A stretch of DNA of 64,000 bases from Candidatus Neomicrothrix sp. UBA2517 (GCA_002341185.1 DDNP01000002.1:51709-115708), one strand, 5' to 3'. Positions 18,403 to 29,190 are shown, counted from the stretch's first letter. Notes: generated from the sequence alone by a model not told the origin. Numbers and translations: made by a program.

Positions 18403-20934
18403 CTATTCAGCTGCAATAAATTCTTCCACTGATGGTGGCTCAAAGCCCTCTACCGCTTTGAAAATTATCTTGCTATCAGTTTCATCTTCTATTTCATTAT
18501 CGATATCAACAACTACTATTTGACCTGCATTAAACTCTTTCAAAAGTAATCTTTCCGAAAGCGGATCTTCAACAAGACGCTGAATAGCTCTACGTAAAGG
18601 TCTTGCTCCTAGTTCAGGATCATAGCCTCTATCAGCGAGATAATGCTTCGCCTCAACCGTGACTTCTAAGCCCATCCCTTGCATTTCAAGTTGTTCTGTT
18701 ACTCTGGCAACCATTAAGTCAACTATTTCGGTTACCTCACTCTTTGATAGCTCATGGAAGACGATAACTTCATCAACACGATTTAGGAATTCGGGCCTAA
18801 AGTGATTTTTCAAAGATTCTGTAACTTTATCTTTCATTTTTTGGTAGGTCACAGATTCATCGTTTGTCGAGAAGCCAAGATTGGCTTTTCTTAAATCGCG
18901 TGTTCCTAAATTAGATGTCATAATAATTACAGTGTTACGGAAATCAACTGATCTCCCTTGACTATCCGTTAACCTTCCTTCTTCAAGTATTTGCAGAAGA
19001 GCATTAAATACATCTGGGTGAGCTTTCTCTATCTCATCAAAAAGGACTACTGAAAATGGTTTTCTTCTCACTGCTTCTGTAAGCTGTCCACCTTCTTCAT
19101 ATCCCACGTACCCAGGAGGAGAACCCATAAGCCTACTCACGGTGTGTTTTTCCATGTATTCAGACATATCTAAACTGATGAGTGCTTGCTCATCCCCAAA
19201 TAAGAATTCCGCTAACGTTTTTGCTAATTCGGTTTTTCCGACTCCGGATGGGCCTAAGAATATGAAAGACCCAGATGGCCGTTTCGGATCCTTTAAACCA
19301 GCTCTTGTACGTCGGATCGCCTGACTTACAGCTTTTATGCTATCTTCTTGCCCAATCACACGCTTATGGAGTTCATCTTCCATCCGAAGTAGCTTCGCAG
19401 TTTCTTCCTCAGTTAATTTGAAAACAGGAATTCCAGTCCAAACGGAGAGAACCTCTGCAATTGCTTCTTCATCTACTTCATCAAAGAAATCGACACCAGA
19501 ATCTTTCATTTCATTTTCCATGGCTTCTTTTTTGTTAAGTAGCTCTTTTTCTTTATCACGCAGGCGACCGGCTTCTTCAAAGTCTTGTGATTCAACGGCT
19601 GCTTTCTTTTCACCTGTAACAATAGCTAACTCATTTTCTATTTCTTTAAAGTCTGGAGGAGTTTCCATTCTTTTCAGTCGCAAACGTGAACCAGCTTCAT
19701 CAATAAGGTCTATAGCTTTATCGGGAAGGTGGCGATCTGAAATATAACGATCGGCCAGATTTGCTGCGGCAACAAGCGCTTGGTCGGTGATTGTGACCTT
19801 GTGATGCTCCTCATAGCGATCACGAAGACCTTTCAGGATTTCTATGGTGTGCGAGACAGAAGGTTCATCAACAATAATCTTCTGGAATCGCCTTTCAAGA
19901 GCTGCATCTTTCTCAAGGTGTTTCCTATATTCGTCAAGGGTAGTCGCCCCAATAGTTTGAAGCTCTCCACGAGCGAGCATTGGCTTTAGAATCGAAGCTG
20001 CATCAATAGCTCCCTCAGCAGCTCCGGCCCCTACGAGAGTATGAAGCTCATCTATAAATAATATGATGTCCCCTCGTGTTTTGATTTCCTTTAAAACTTT
20101 TTTAAGTCTTTCTTCAAAATCACCTCGATATCGGGAGCCCGCTACCAAAGCTCCGAGGTCTAATGTGTAAAGTTGTTTGCCTCGAAGGGGCTCTGGCACA
20201 TCGTTTGTAGCTATCGATCTTGCTAATCCTTCCACAATAGCCGTTTTCCCAACTCCAGGCTCGCCAACAAGAACTGGATTGTTCTTAGTTCTTCTGCTCA
20301 GAACTTGCATAACTCGTTCTGCTTCTCTTGACCTACCGATAACTGGATCAAGTTTTTTTTCTTTGGCAAGTTGGGTTAAGTTCCGTCCGAATTGATCAAG
20401 CACCATAGAAGAATTTGGGTCACCGCCTCTTCCTCCCGTTCCGGCTGAGGCTCTTTCTCCTTTTCGACCGCCTTCTTGTTCTTGATCGCCTGAACCTGAA
20501 TACCCTGAAAGTAGTTGGATAACTTGTTGCCTAACACGAGAAAGGTCAGCTCCAAGTTTTGTTAGGACTTGAGCTGCTACTCCTTCGCCTTCTCGAATCA
20601 AGCCTAATAAAATGTGTTCAGTGCCAATATAGTTGTGACCTAGTTGAAGAGCTTCTCTTAAACTTAACTCCAACACTTTCTTGGCTCGGGGCGTAAACGG
20701 AATATGGCCGCTGGGGGATGAACCACCCTGTCCGATAATTTCCTCAACCTGTTCTCGAACAGCCTCCAGAGAAATTCCTAAAGATTCGAGCGCTTTCGCG
20801 GCTACCCCTTCTCCTTCATGTATCAGCCCTAAAAGGATGTGCTCCGTTCCTATATAATTGTGGTTGAGGAGACGAGCTTCTTCTTGAGCTAGAACGACTA
20901 CTCTTCGTGCTCTATCTGTAAATCTTTCAAACAA
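18403..20934 (-). CDS. clpC: ATP-dependent Clp protease ATP-binding subunit ClpC
   Basis: [22 protein letters not shown]-domain; two AAA modules ([16 protein letters not shown]); TTG start. Confidence 0.98.
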   Translation of the reverse strand: MFERFTDRARRVVVLAQEEARLLNHNYIGTEHILLGLIHEGEGVAAKALESLGISLEAVREQVEEIIGQGGSSPSGHIPFTPRAKKVLELSLREALQLGHNYIGTEHILLGLIREGEGVAAQVLTKLGADLSRVRQQVIQLLSGYSGSGDQEQEGGRKGERASAGTGGRGGDPNSSMVLDQFGRNLTQLAKEKKLDPVIGRSREAERVMQVLSRRTKNNPVLVGEPGVGKTAIVEGLARSIATNDVPEPLRGKQLYTLDLGALVAGSRYRGDFEERLKKVLKEIKTRGDIILFIDELHTLVGAGAAEGAIDAASILKPMLARGELQTIGATTLDEYRKHLEKDAALERRFQKIIVDEPSVSHTIEILKGLRDRYEEHHKVTITDQALVAAANLADRYISDRHLPDKAIDLIDEAGSRLRLKRMETPPDFKEIENELAIVTGEKKAAVESQDFEEAGRLRDKEKELLNKKEAMENEMKDSGVDFFDEVDEEAIAEVLSVWTGIPVFKLTEEETAKLLRMEDELHKRVIGQEDSIKAVSQAIRRTRAGLKDPKRPSGSFIFLGPSGVGKTELAKTLAEFLFGDEQALISLDMSEYMEKHTVSRLMGSPPGYVGYEEGGQLTEAVRRKPFSVVLFDEIEKAHPDVFNALLQILEEGRLTDSQGRSVDFRNTVIIMTSNLGTRDLRKANLGFSTNDESVTYQKMKDKVTESLKNHFRPEFLNRVDEVIVFHELSKSEVTEIVDLMVARVTEQLEMQGMGLEVTVEAKHYLADRGYDPELGARPLRRAIQRLVEDPLSERLLLKEFNAGQIVVVDIDNEIEDETDSKIIFKAVEGFEPPSVEEFIAAE

Positions 20935-21024
20935 AGTGATGACCTTTCACGAAATTTTGTTTAATGTACTCTGCGCCCTTTTGTTATCAGACCGTATTGC
21001 CTAACTTAGACGTCATATTAGATA

Positions 21025-21052
21025 CAACACAATAGCGTGGCGAATCATTCCC
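21025..21052 (-). promoter_or_regulatory. SigR/SigH-type ECF promoter upstream of clpC
   Basis: Minus strand GGGAAT-gattcgccacgctattgt(18 nt)-GTTG, about 90 nt before the clpC start. Confidence 0.7.
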
Positions 21053-21175
21053 TTTTTTGTAAGAAAAGTAAATTTTTTCTATTTATATAAATAACTATGC
21101 TTATGACTAACGCTTCACGTGTGCCATCCGGCATTTTTGGGTGTCTATAGTTCATGTCTCCTTTAGACTTTAACA

Positions 21176-22171
21176 ATGGCACTCGTTTCGTCCCTGTCCG
21201 TTCTTCCCACATTGGAAGGCGATCTAGAACGTCTAGAAAAACTGCTCGTAACGTCAGTGATTGCTGAAGAGGATTATTTGACAGAAATCGCTAGTCATTT
21301 AATAACAGCTGGTGGCAAGCGCGTTCGCCCTGGTTTCTCAATCGCTTCTAGTGGGGTAGAAAAGTCAATTGCAATAAATGCGTCAAAAGCAGTTCTTCTT
21401 GGTGGTGTCGCAGTAGAACTAGTCCATCTTGGATCTCTTTACCACGACGATGTTATGGATGAAGCTGAGTTACGAAGAACTGTTCCTTCTGTAAATGCTT
21501 TATGGGGAAACTTAACTGCAATTTTAGCTGGTGATTTTTTGCTAGCACGAGCTTCTGAAATAGCTGCTTCTTTAGGAACTGAAGTCGCAGGCCTTTTAGC
21601 AAAAACCATCGGTGAGTTATGCGAGGGTCAAATTTTGGAACTTCAATCAGCATTCAAAATTGACCGTACATTAGATTCTTACGAGCGATCAATCTCAGGA
21701 AAGACAGCATCTTTGCTAGCCACGGCATGCAAAATTGGTGGATTAACAGCTGAACTTTCTCGGGAAAATATTGATATCACTAAATCTTTCGGACACTCGT
21801 ATGGTATGGCTTTTCAAATCATTGATGACATTCTTGATTTAACTGCGACCGATGAGGAGCTCGGAAAACCAGCAGGGAACGATTTAATTGAAGGTGTATA
21901 CACGCTTCCAGTAATCTCAGCATTCTCTTCAAAATATGGAGAAGAGTTAGAAGAGATCCTCGGTAAAGAAATATCCCTTGAGGAAAGAAATCGGGCTCGT
22001 CAATTGATAAGACAGAGCGGAGGAGTCAAAGATGCTCTTACTAGAGCAAGATATTGGACTGGCCAAGCTGTCTCAGCCCTAGATAATCTTCCAGATTCCG
22101 AAGCAACAACAGCACTGAAATCAGCTACCGACCATCTAATTAATAGAGCATCATCTACAACTATCAATTAA
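21176..22171 (+). CDS. Polyprenyl diphosphate synthase (HepT/IspB-like)
   Basis: GGKRVRP, HDDVMD...RR (first Asp-rich motif), FQIIDDILD (second), GKPAGNDL. Confidence 0.93.
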   Translation: MALVSSLSVLPTLEGDLERLEKLLVTSVIAEEDYLTEIASHLITAGGKRVRPGFSIASSGVEKSIAINASKAVLLGGVAVELVHLGSLYHDDVMDEAELRRTVPSVNALWGNLTAILAGDFLLARASEIAASLGTEVAGLLAKTIGELCEGQILELQSAFKIDRTLDSYERSISGKTASLLATACKIGGLTAELSRENIDITKSFGHSYGMAFQIIDDILDLTATDEELGKPAGNDLIEGVYTLPVISAFSSKYGEELEEILGKEISLEERNRARQLIRQSGGVKDALTRARYWTGQAVSALDNLPDSEATTALKSATDHLINRASSTTIN

Positions 22172-22204
22172 GCATAGCCGTGACAGAATTATGAAATAAT
22201 AGAT

Positions 22205-23605
22205 TTATTGTTCTGGCCGTAATGTCGGAAACAGAACCACATCTCTTATCGTTTGTACATCTGCCAACATCATCACCAAACGGTCAATTCCTATTCCAAT
22301 ACCTCCGGTAGGAGGTAACCCAAATTCAAGGGCGCGTATGTAATCCGAATCGACTCCCATGGCTTCTTCGTCACCAGATTTACCTTTCTCTAATTGATCT
22401 TTGAACCGTTCCATTTGTTCCTCTGAGTCAACAAGTTCAGAAAATCCGTTTAGGATTTCTCGTCCAGCAATAATTCCTTCAAATCGTTCGGTGAAACCGT
22501 CTTTATCTCGATGATCTCTAGATAATGGTGAAACTTCTTTAGGATATTCGGTGACAAAACAAGGATTCCATATATTTGCCTCTACTGTCTTTTCATAAAG
22601 TTCAAGAATTAATTTTCCAGGACCATAGGAAGGTTGGACTTCAATATCATATTGGCTACACAAGTTTCGTAACTCACCAACGGACGTTTCCAGTGAAACA
22701 ACATGACCGGTCTGTTCTTCTATCAACTCAACCATTGTTGCGCGTCTCCACGGAGCGGAAAGATCGATATCTTTCCCATCAAAAGACACTGTCGTTGAGC
22801 CAGTTAATTGAATGGCTAGATGCTCAATAAGATTCTCAGCTAATTCCATGATGTCATTCCAATCAGCATAAGCTTCATAGAGTTCTAACATCGTGAACTC
22901 GGGGTTATGCCGACTAGATATCCCTTCATTCCTAAATACTCTTGCTATCTCGAATACTTTCTCAAACCCAGCTACTACCAGTCTCTTTAGGTAAAGTTCA
23001 GGCGCTATTCGCAAGTAGAGTTCCATATCCAATGCGTTATGGTGGGTCGTGAATGGTTTTGCTAATGCCCCTCCGGGGATTGGATGGAAGACAGGAGTTT
23101 CGACTTCCATAAAGTCTTTTTTTTCTAACCATTTCCTAGTCATCGAAATCAAGTTGCTTCGGACCACAAAGGCTTTCCTGGCTTCTTCAGTAACCCAGAG
23201 GTCAACATACCTTTGGCGGTACCGTGTGTCTGGATCGCTTATCCCATGCCACTTATCTGGAAATGGCCTTTTAGTTCCAGCAAGTATTTCCCACTCATCA
23301 ACTTTGACAGATAACTCACCTCGTTTGGTCTTCATCACCTCGCCTTTGACACCAATCCAGTCTCCGATATTTAGAGCTGAAAATAGTTCAAAGTTAGGAG
23401 TTGACTTTGAGGGCGCAAAAAGTTGAATACGTCCAGTGCTGTCCTGCAAGTTTCCAAAAACAACCTTACCTTGATCACGTCTTTGCATGATCCTTCCAGC
23501 AATTGAAACAGAAACGCCTGACCCTGCTCCATCAGGAATCGATGAGTACTCTGATACTAGTTCTTCAACTTTTGCTGTTTTCTCAAATTTGTAAGGTGTA
23601 TTCAT
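22205..23605 (-). CDS. lysS: Lysine--tRNA ligase (class II)
   Basis: YRQRYVDL, YLRIAPELYLKRL, FRNEGISSRHNPEF, PPTGGIGIGIDRL. Confidence 0.98.
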   Translation of the reverse strand: MNTPYKFEKTAKVEELVSEYSSIPDGAGSGVSVSIAGRIMQRRDQGKVVFGNLQDSTGRIQLFAPSKSTPNFELFSALNIGDWIGVKGEVMKTKRGELSVKVDEWEILAGTKRPFPDKWHGISDPDTRYRQRYVDLWVTEEARKAFVVRSNLISMTRKWLEKKDFMEVETPVFHPIPGGALAKPFTTHHNALDMELYLRIAPELYLKRLVVAGFEKVFEIARVFRNEGISSRHNPEFTMLELYEAYADWNDIMELAENLIEHLAIQLTGSTTVSFDGKDIDLSAPWRRATMVELIEEQTGHVVSLETSVGELRNLCSQYDIEVQPSYGPGKLILELYEKTVEANIWNPCFVTEYPKEVSPLSRDHRDKDGFTERFEGIIAGREILNGFSELVDSEEQMERFKDQLEKGKSGDEEAMGVDSDYIRALEFGLPPTGGIGIGIDRLVMMLADVQTIRDVVLFPTLRPEQ

Positions 23606-23659
23606 GTTTCTACAGTGTCGCAGGCTCTTAACATCATTTCAGGTATTTAGATAAGGAAG

Positions 23660-24517
23660 TTAAATATTAGGTCCATTTAAAGCACTCATGTTGTCTATGA
23701 GCCGGGCCTTACCAATTTTGACCGCAATCAGAACCCTTGTTTCGTCATCTATACGATCAGCCACTTTGAAAGTTTCACCATTGACTAGTTCGACATAGTC
23801 AATACCTATTTCGGTAGACTTTTCTAGTTGTGCAATTATTAGCTGTTTGACTGCAGTTGAGTTTCTTTCTCCTGACTTTATCAAATCATACGCTTTTAGT
23901 AATGATCTCGGAATATTTGATGCTTCCTTTCGTTGACCCTCAGTAAGGTACATATTTCTACTTGATAACGCAAGCCCATCCGCATCTCTCACAATCGGAC
24001 ACCCTTTTATCTCAACGCGGTATGACAAATCAGTTATCATTCGCTTTATTACGTGGAGTTGTTGCCAATCTTTTTCTCCAAAGTAAGCAGAACAGACACC
24101 TACTATGTTAAATAATTTCGCAACTACAGTCGCAACACCTGCAAAATGAGTGGGCCTCGAAACACCCTCAAGAATGGAGGAAATTTCTGCTATCGAAATT
24201 GAAGTTAATACATCATCACAAAACATTTCCTGTTGACTAGGTATAAACAAAAAATCAGCTCCGGCTTCACAAGCAAGCAAAGTGTCTTTCTCTATATCTT
24301 TCGGATAAGTATCCAAATCTTCTGTAGCCGAAAATTGAAGAGGATTAACGAAGATCGTTGTAACAACAATATCATTTTCTAATTTTGCTCGTTTGATAAG
24401 CGATAGGTGACCTTCATGCAAATATCCCATTGTAGGGACTAGACCGATTGAACTTTTCCCTACTCTTAAGTCATCCAGAGAATCTTGTAATTCTTTATGT
24501 GCGATTATTGTCTTCAT
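23660..24517 (-). CDS. panC: Pantoate--beta-alanine ligase
   Basis: VPTMGYLHEGH, IFVNPLQF, RPTHFAGV, FGEKDWQQ, DGLALSSRN, RLIDN. Confidence 0.97.
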   Translation of the reverse strand: MKTIIAHKELQDSLDDLRVGKSSIGLVPTMGYLHEGHLSLIKRAKLENDIVVTTIFVNPLQFSATEDLDTYPKDIEKDTLLACEAGADFLFIPSQQEMFCDDVLTSISIAEISSILEGVSRPTHFAGVATVVAKLFNIVGVCSAYFGEKDWQQLHVIKRMITDLSYRVEIKGCPIVRDADGLALSSRNMYLTEGQRKEASNIPRSLLKAYDLIKSGERNSTAVKQLIIAQLEKSTEIGIDYVELVNGETFKVADRIDDETRVLIAVKIGKARLIDNMSALNGPNI

Positions 24518-25254
24518 ACGGATTCGTTCTCATTAATAATAGATTGAGCTGCAATACCTTTCGCCTCATCTAATAGACATTTGTATAAATTTTTTTCTGA
24601 TTCGGGTAAGCATTTTAAATGAGATTTGATTGTTTGTTCATCTCCTCTTGCGGCTGGTCCTGTTAAAGCTTCAGCAGGGTTAAGCCCTGACAGGCCCTCA
24701 AGTGTGCTTGCAGATAATTCTAGGAACGGTTCAAATGGAATATTTAGTTCAAGAGATAATCTTTTCACCTGTGCCATTAACACCACTAGATGGTTAGATG
24801 CGATACATGCCGTTGCATGATATAAAGATCTACTTTCATTCGCTATAGAAAATTTTTGTCCTCCAAGCGCATCAACTATCACGTCAACATCAGAATCACC
24901 ATCAATTGCATACCAAGTATTCCTAAGGAGTCTGTCTTTCCCTATTTCCGGTGTTGGCATAGAGACGAGCGGATGTATCGAAGCTCGCCTCCTGTGAGGT
25001 GAAAGACACTCAATTCCTCTAGCTCCTGATACATGGGCCACAATTGCTTCAGTAGCATTTAGATTTTGTGCGACTATGGGAATTTCATGATCGGGTGTTG
25101 TAATTAGGATGTAGTCAATATCAGGATTGAGGGCACCGATATTATCTTTTCTCCCTAATGGTTCTTTAACATTCCAACCAATCGACCTCAGAGCTAAATA
25201 AAAACTTAAGCCTGCCTTTCCTGGGCCGATTATTTGTACCGTAGGAGATTTCAC
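24514..25254 (-). CDS. Rossmann-like/DUF2520 protein, putative PanG-type ketopantoate reductase
   Basis: IIGPGKAG, HVSGA, SIHPL, YHATACIASNH, ALTGPAARGD; overlaps panC start. Confidence 0.82.
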   Translation of the reverse strand: MKSPTVQIIGPGKAGLSFYLALRSIGWNVKEPLGRKDNIGALNPDIDYILITTPDHEIPIVAQNLNATEAIVAHVSGARGIECLSPHRRRASIHPLVSMPTPEIGKDRLLRNTWYAIDGDSDVDVIVDALGGQKFSIANESRSLYHATACIASNHLVVLMAQVKRLSLELNIPFEPFLELSASTLEGLSGLNPAEALTGPAARGDEQTIKSHLKCLPESEKNLYKCLLDEAKGIAAQSIINENESV

Positions 25255-25697
25255 CAGTCTCTCAATCGACGAACTTCACCTTCATTGGGGTTATCCCAAC
25301 TTTCTAGAAATATGGGGTCTAATTCGCCAAGGGGTATCATGACAAATGCTCGTTCTCCCATTCTTGGATGCGGAACTATCAGGTCTGGGTCGTTAACTTG
25401 TTCACCGTCGACCCAAAGAACATCCACATCAAGGGTTCTTGGGCCCCATCTAATCTCTCGTTTGCGATTAGCTCGCTTTTCGAGCATCTGTGCGTGTTCT
25501 AGAAGCTCACGAGCTCCTCGGTTTGTATCAAGCTCAATCACAATGTTCAAGTATGAATCCTGATCTGGACCTCCCACTGGATCGGTTTCATAAAGTCCAG
25601 ATACAGCTTGCAAGTCATCAAAAGATGCTACAGCGTCCCTTAAAAAAGTCTCTTTCCCTCCGAGATTCGACCCTAGCCCAAGAAATGCTCGTCCCAT
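25251..25697 (-). CDS. folK: 2-amino-4-hydroxy-6-hydroxymethyldihydropteridine diphosphokinase
   Basis: AFLGLGSNLG, YETDPVGGPDQ, RWGPRTLDVDVL, PHPRMGERAFV. Confidence 0.96.
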   Translation of the reverse strand: MGRAFLGLGSNLGGKETFLRDAVASFDDLQAVSGLYETDPVGGPDQDSYLNIVIELDTNRGARELLEHAQMLEKRANRKREIRWGPRTLDVDVLWVDGEQVNDPDLIVPHPRMGERAFVMIPLGELDPIFLESWDNPNEGEVRRLRDW

Positions 25698-25703
25698 TAT
25701 GAA

Positions 25704-26297
25704 CTACTCTGCGATTTGCTCTTCAGCTTGCAGAGCTTCTAATTCCGCTAATCTTTCTTCATCTAGAGCAATCATTTCCTCGGGAGTTGGCAAATTATCA
25801 GAAGCTGACGCAATCTCTCTACCTGCAGGCCCAATTACTCGCTTGAGAATCTTTTCCATTTTCGTTATCGCTTCAGGAACAGTATCAATAAATCCATTCC
25901 AGACAAGGTAACCTGCAAGGGTTCCGCCCATGGTATCCCCAACTTCTTCATGGTGAAGAAGCAATCGCTCGTTATTTTTTATCAACTTGTTGAGGTCTGA
26001 ATACAGAACACTTAAGACCGTATTTAGATGCCCCCCAATCGCAACAGGGCGGTGAACACATTCGATATCAAACTCTTCATAGCTATGTAAATTATGATTC
26101 GCAGGGATTATTGAGACAACTCTTTTGAAATCATTTCTTCTAATCCATATTAATTCTTCAACACGTCTAACTTTTCTGTGCTGTGGACCATATCCTCCTG
26201 GACGTTCACAAACCGCTAACCGGTCCGTAATTATCCAAATGAGGTTTCGTGGCTGTATTCCTTCAGCCCATTTCCCTCTCATATTTAACTGACGCAA
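25704..26297 (-). CDS. Conserved hypothetical protein, protein-tyrosine-phosphatase-like fold without the catalytic Cys
   Basis: WIITDRLAVCERPGG, RVVSI, ECVHRP, LLLHHEEVGD in the position of the HCxxGxxR loop. Confidence 0.5.
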   Translation of the reverse strand: MRQLNMRGKWAEGIQPRNLIWIITDRLAVCERPGGYGPQHRKVRRVEELIWIRRNDFKRVVSIIPANHNLHSYEEFDIECVHRPVAIGGHLNTVLSVLYSDLNKLIKNNERLLLHHEEVGDTMGGTLAGYLVWNGFIDTVPEAITKMEKILKRVIGPAGREIASASDNLPTPEEMIALDEERLAELEALQAEEQIAE

Positions 26298-26403
26298 TTT
26301 TAACTCCTGTTAGCTTTTCCCCACATAGAATTTTAGTACCTAAGCGGTGTGTTCCCCCTCTGATTTAGCTATCTTTTGCAGATTTCTGGTCAGATAGCAG
26401 TAT

Positions 26404-26946
26404 TTAGTCAAGGCCAGGATCATAGCTCCAAAGGTCGGGAAGATTTCTGTATCTTTCTGCAACGTCAAGCCCATAACCAATTACAAAATCTGGTGGGATT
26501 TCAAAACCAACATATTTTAGACCCAATTCCCCTGCTTGCCTTCCTGACCTAACTAGAAGAGCGCAGACTTCTAGGGAAGCAGGACCTCTAGATTCAAGAT
26601 TCTTTCGGAGGTAATTCAGTGTGAGTCCGCTGTCGATAATATCTTCAACAACGATAACGTCTCGTTCAGTAAGATCAATATCAAGATCTTTCACTATTCG
26701 AACAACTCCACTTGTTTTAGTCGCGTTGCCGTAAGAAGATACAGCCATGAAATCAAATTCGATCGGTAAAGAGATTGCTCGAGCTAAATCTGCCATATAA
26801 ATGAAAGCCCCTTTTAACACTCCTATAAGAAGGGGGGCTTTCCCCTCATAGTCTGAGGTAATCTGCTGACCGAGTTCAGTTATTCGATTTTCTATTTGCT
26901 TTTCGCTTAACAGGATAGTTCCTGGTGGTTTTAGTGGTTCATTCAT
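26404..26946 (-). CDS. hpt: Hypoxanthine phosphoribosyltransferase
   Basis: GVLKGAFIYMADL, VSSYG, VIVVEDIIDSGLTL, FVIGYGLD. Confidence 0.97.
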   Translation of the reverse strand: MNEPLKPPGTILLSEKQIENRITELGQQITSDYEGKAPLLIGVLKGAFIYMADLARAISLPIEFDFMAVSSYGNATKTSGVVRIVKDLDIDLTERDVIVVEDIIDSGLTLNYLRKNLESRGPASLEVCALLVRSGRQAGELGLKYVGFEIPPDFVIGYGLDVAERYRNLPDLWSYDPGLD

Positions 26947-26991
26947 AACGCCGGAACATTAACCCAGATACCTGATTAACTTGTGCATGTC

Positions 26992-27870
26992 TTAGGTTTT
27001 TTTTGGAGGAACAAGCCTCAGTATACGATTCGTTCGTTCTACTCTCCATCCAGATCCAATATCAGTTGAAAGCACCTCCAAGGAAGCAACAGCGAGAATA
27101 CGGTCAATGGTTGCCAAATCAGGAGGGTGATCATCTTTCCGGGTCTCCCATACCCAATTTCGAATTGACTCTCTAGCTATCGCTATATGCGCTTTAATTA
27201 ATTCGTCACACTTAGTTGGATCAATCTTTCTAGATTCAATATTTAAAAAATCCGCCCCTTTTCTCAGTATTTCAGCTTGCCTTGCGAGAAGGGGAACTAA
27301 ATCTCGATCAGATATTGAATTCAGAAGCGGCAACACTTGATGCCGTATCTGATTTCGTCGATAAATTAAGCTTTCGTTTGATGGATCTTCAAAAAAATTA
27401 ATCTTAAATTCGCGACATACTGCCTCAGTCTCGGATCGCCTTAAATTCAAAATAGGGCGTTGAGGTGACGGACGGATGCCTGAAAGTCCGTGCCAAGCGC
27501 TACCACGGATCAGCGCCAACAAAATAGTCTCTGCCTGATCATCTGCGGTATGTCCGGTGAGGACATTTTTAGGGAGGACTGAATAACGAGCCTTTCTTGC
27601 CCTCGCTTCAAGATTAGGACCGTTCTCGATACTTATCGTCAGAGATTCAAATTCAGCACCCAATGTTTGCGCTGTTTGGAATACAAGATTTGCCTCCTCT
27701 CCAGAGTTCTCTCTGATTCCATGATCAACATGAATAGCTTTTACTTCCTTACTTATATGAGTAGCCAATACGAGAAGGGCAACAGAGTCAGCTCCTCCCG
27801 AAACCGCACACTCAAGAGGTCCTTCGGGAAAGGTACAACGATTCAACAGATCACTAATCACAACAGCCAT
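26992..27870 (-). CDS. tilS: tRNA(Ile)-lysidine synthase (short form)
   Basis: AVSGGADSVAL, HVDHGIR, ARKARY, TGHTADDQAET, RNQIRH; upstream of hpt. Confidence 0.93.
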   Translation of the reverse strand: MAVVISDLLNRCTFPEGPLECAVSGGADSVALLVLATHISKEVKAIHVDHGIRENSGEEANLVFQTAQTLGAEFESLTISIENGPNLEARARKARYSVLPKNVLTGHTADDQAETILLALIRGSAWHGLSGIRPSPQRPILNLRRSETEAVCREFKINFFEDPSNESLIYRRNQIRHQVLPLLNSISDRDLVPLLARQAEILRKGADFLNIESRKIDPTKCDELIKAHIAIARESIRNWVWETRKDDHPPDLATIDRILAVASLEVLSTDIGSGWRVERTNRILRLVPPKKT

Positions 27871-27902
27871 ATTTAAGTACTTTATAGAAGAACGACAATG
27901 AT

Positions 27903-28961
27903 TTACTGATTATTAATCCGCTTAACCCATTCATCTGGAGATTTAATCTCATCAAGATTTGGCAGATTCTCCGGTTTCTCCCACGCCATGTTTAATAGTT
28001 CAGGCCCACCAAAATTTTCTACTTCTTGAATAAACTTCTCGCCAGCTTGATATTGGTTAAGTTTTGCTTCAAAACCAGCTACCTTTTGAAATATTCTGGT
28101 TAAACCTTTAGCTGAGTTTCTTCTTTCTCTAAAAGTTTTTGCGAAAACATGAGCATTAGCTACATGCCCGACACCTGCACGGTCCATTGTTACATCTCCA
28201 TGCCCTTCGAGTAGGCTCATCATCCCAGAGATCTGGTTTAGCGTTTCGCGCTGTTCGGGGGTTGTAAATAGATTCGGTAATCCACCATCTTCAAAAATAT
28301 CTTCCCCGGTTTTTTTTGATTCAATAATTCTTTTAGCAGCGTCACGAAACATCTCTGGATCAGGATCTACTGATTCTAAAGTTTTATTAACTAAACCAAG
28401 GAAATGATCCCTTAACCAAGGCACTCCCGTGAACTGTGCGCGATGCGTGCATTCGTGAAGTGCTAACCAAAGTCGGAATTCCTCAGGTGGGAACCCATAT
28501 TTCTTCTCGATAGCTAATACGTTGGGTCCTACATAATAAACGATGTCTTGATCTTCAGGGTTCTCGTCTTCAATGATTAATAGATCATATTGGCCTAGAA
28601 CTCTTCCAGACATCCAACCCAGTAGTAGCCCCATTTCTGCACCACTAGCCTTTGATCCTAATTCTTTAAGAAATGATGCGTCGGTGTTTGATAGTTTATG
28701 AGATAAGGGTCTAAGTAAACGCTGAAATGAATCAATATTTGCGTCAATCCACATTGGCCTATCTGCTACTCTGCCTCGGGCTTCTCCCATTTCGGATACG
28801 AGACCAGTTGTTTGTGCTACGAGCTCTTCCGCTATCGCTGTAAAGCGTTCAAAATCTGGAGAAAGAGTTGCGTAATGATATGAAGATACAACATTATTTC
28901 TTTCGCTAATTTTTGTTGCAACCTGTCGTGCTACATCCCAGTCGACCGATGTTTCGGTCAC
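27903..28961 (-). CDS. Zinc-dependent metalloprotease, DUF2342 (F420-biosynthesis-associated) family
   Basis: RVLGQYD, WLALHECTHRAQF (HExxH), MSLLEGHGDVTMD, KLNQYQAGEKF. Confidence 0.87.
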   Translation of the reverse strand: MTETSVDWDVARQVATKISERNNVVSSYHYATLSPDFERFTAIAEELVAQTTGLVSEMGEARGRVADRPMWIDANIDSFQRLLRPLSHKLSNTDASFLKELGSKASGAEMGLLLGWMSGRVLGQYDLLIIEDENPEDQDIVYYVGPNVLAIEKKYGFPPEEFRLWLALHECTHRAQFTGVPWLRDHFLGLVNKTLESVDPDPEMFRDAAKRIIESKKTGEDIFEDGGLPNLFTTPEQRETLNQISGMMSLLEGHGDVTMDRAGVGHVANAHVFAKTFRERRNSAKGLTRIFQKVAGFEAKLNQYQAGEKFIQEVENFGGPELLNMAWEKPENLPNLDEIKSPDEWVKRINNQ

Positions 28962-28962
28962 G

Positions 28963-29118
28963 TTACTGTTCCGTATTAGGTTTTTTATATTTTGGTGGAT
29001 ATTTAGGTCGAACGACCTTTACGAAATACCCGCCAATAACTGCAAAGACCGTGAGAAATGTAGCAGGCGTAAGTACTACCGCTAACCACCAGTGCCATTC
29101 TGCAGCTAAAATTTGCAT
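28963..29118 (-). CDS. Small membrane protein (51 aa)
   Basis: Not in the ORF track. MQILAAEWHWWLAVVLTPATFLTVFAVIGGYFVKVVRPKYPPKYKKPNTEQ: one TM helix plus basic tail; fills the gap in the operon and stops 2 nt before the next start. Confidence 0.7.
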   Translation of the reverse strand: MQILAAEWHWWLAVVLTPATFLTVFAVIGGYFVKVVRPKYPPKYKKPNTEQ

Positions 29119-29190
29119 ATACAGATCGTAGTCGTAAATCAGCGCTCTCTGACACCTTCTACAAAGAGAAGCCAGAAATATTTATAAGGA

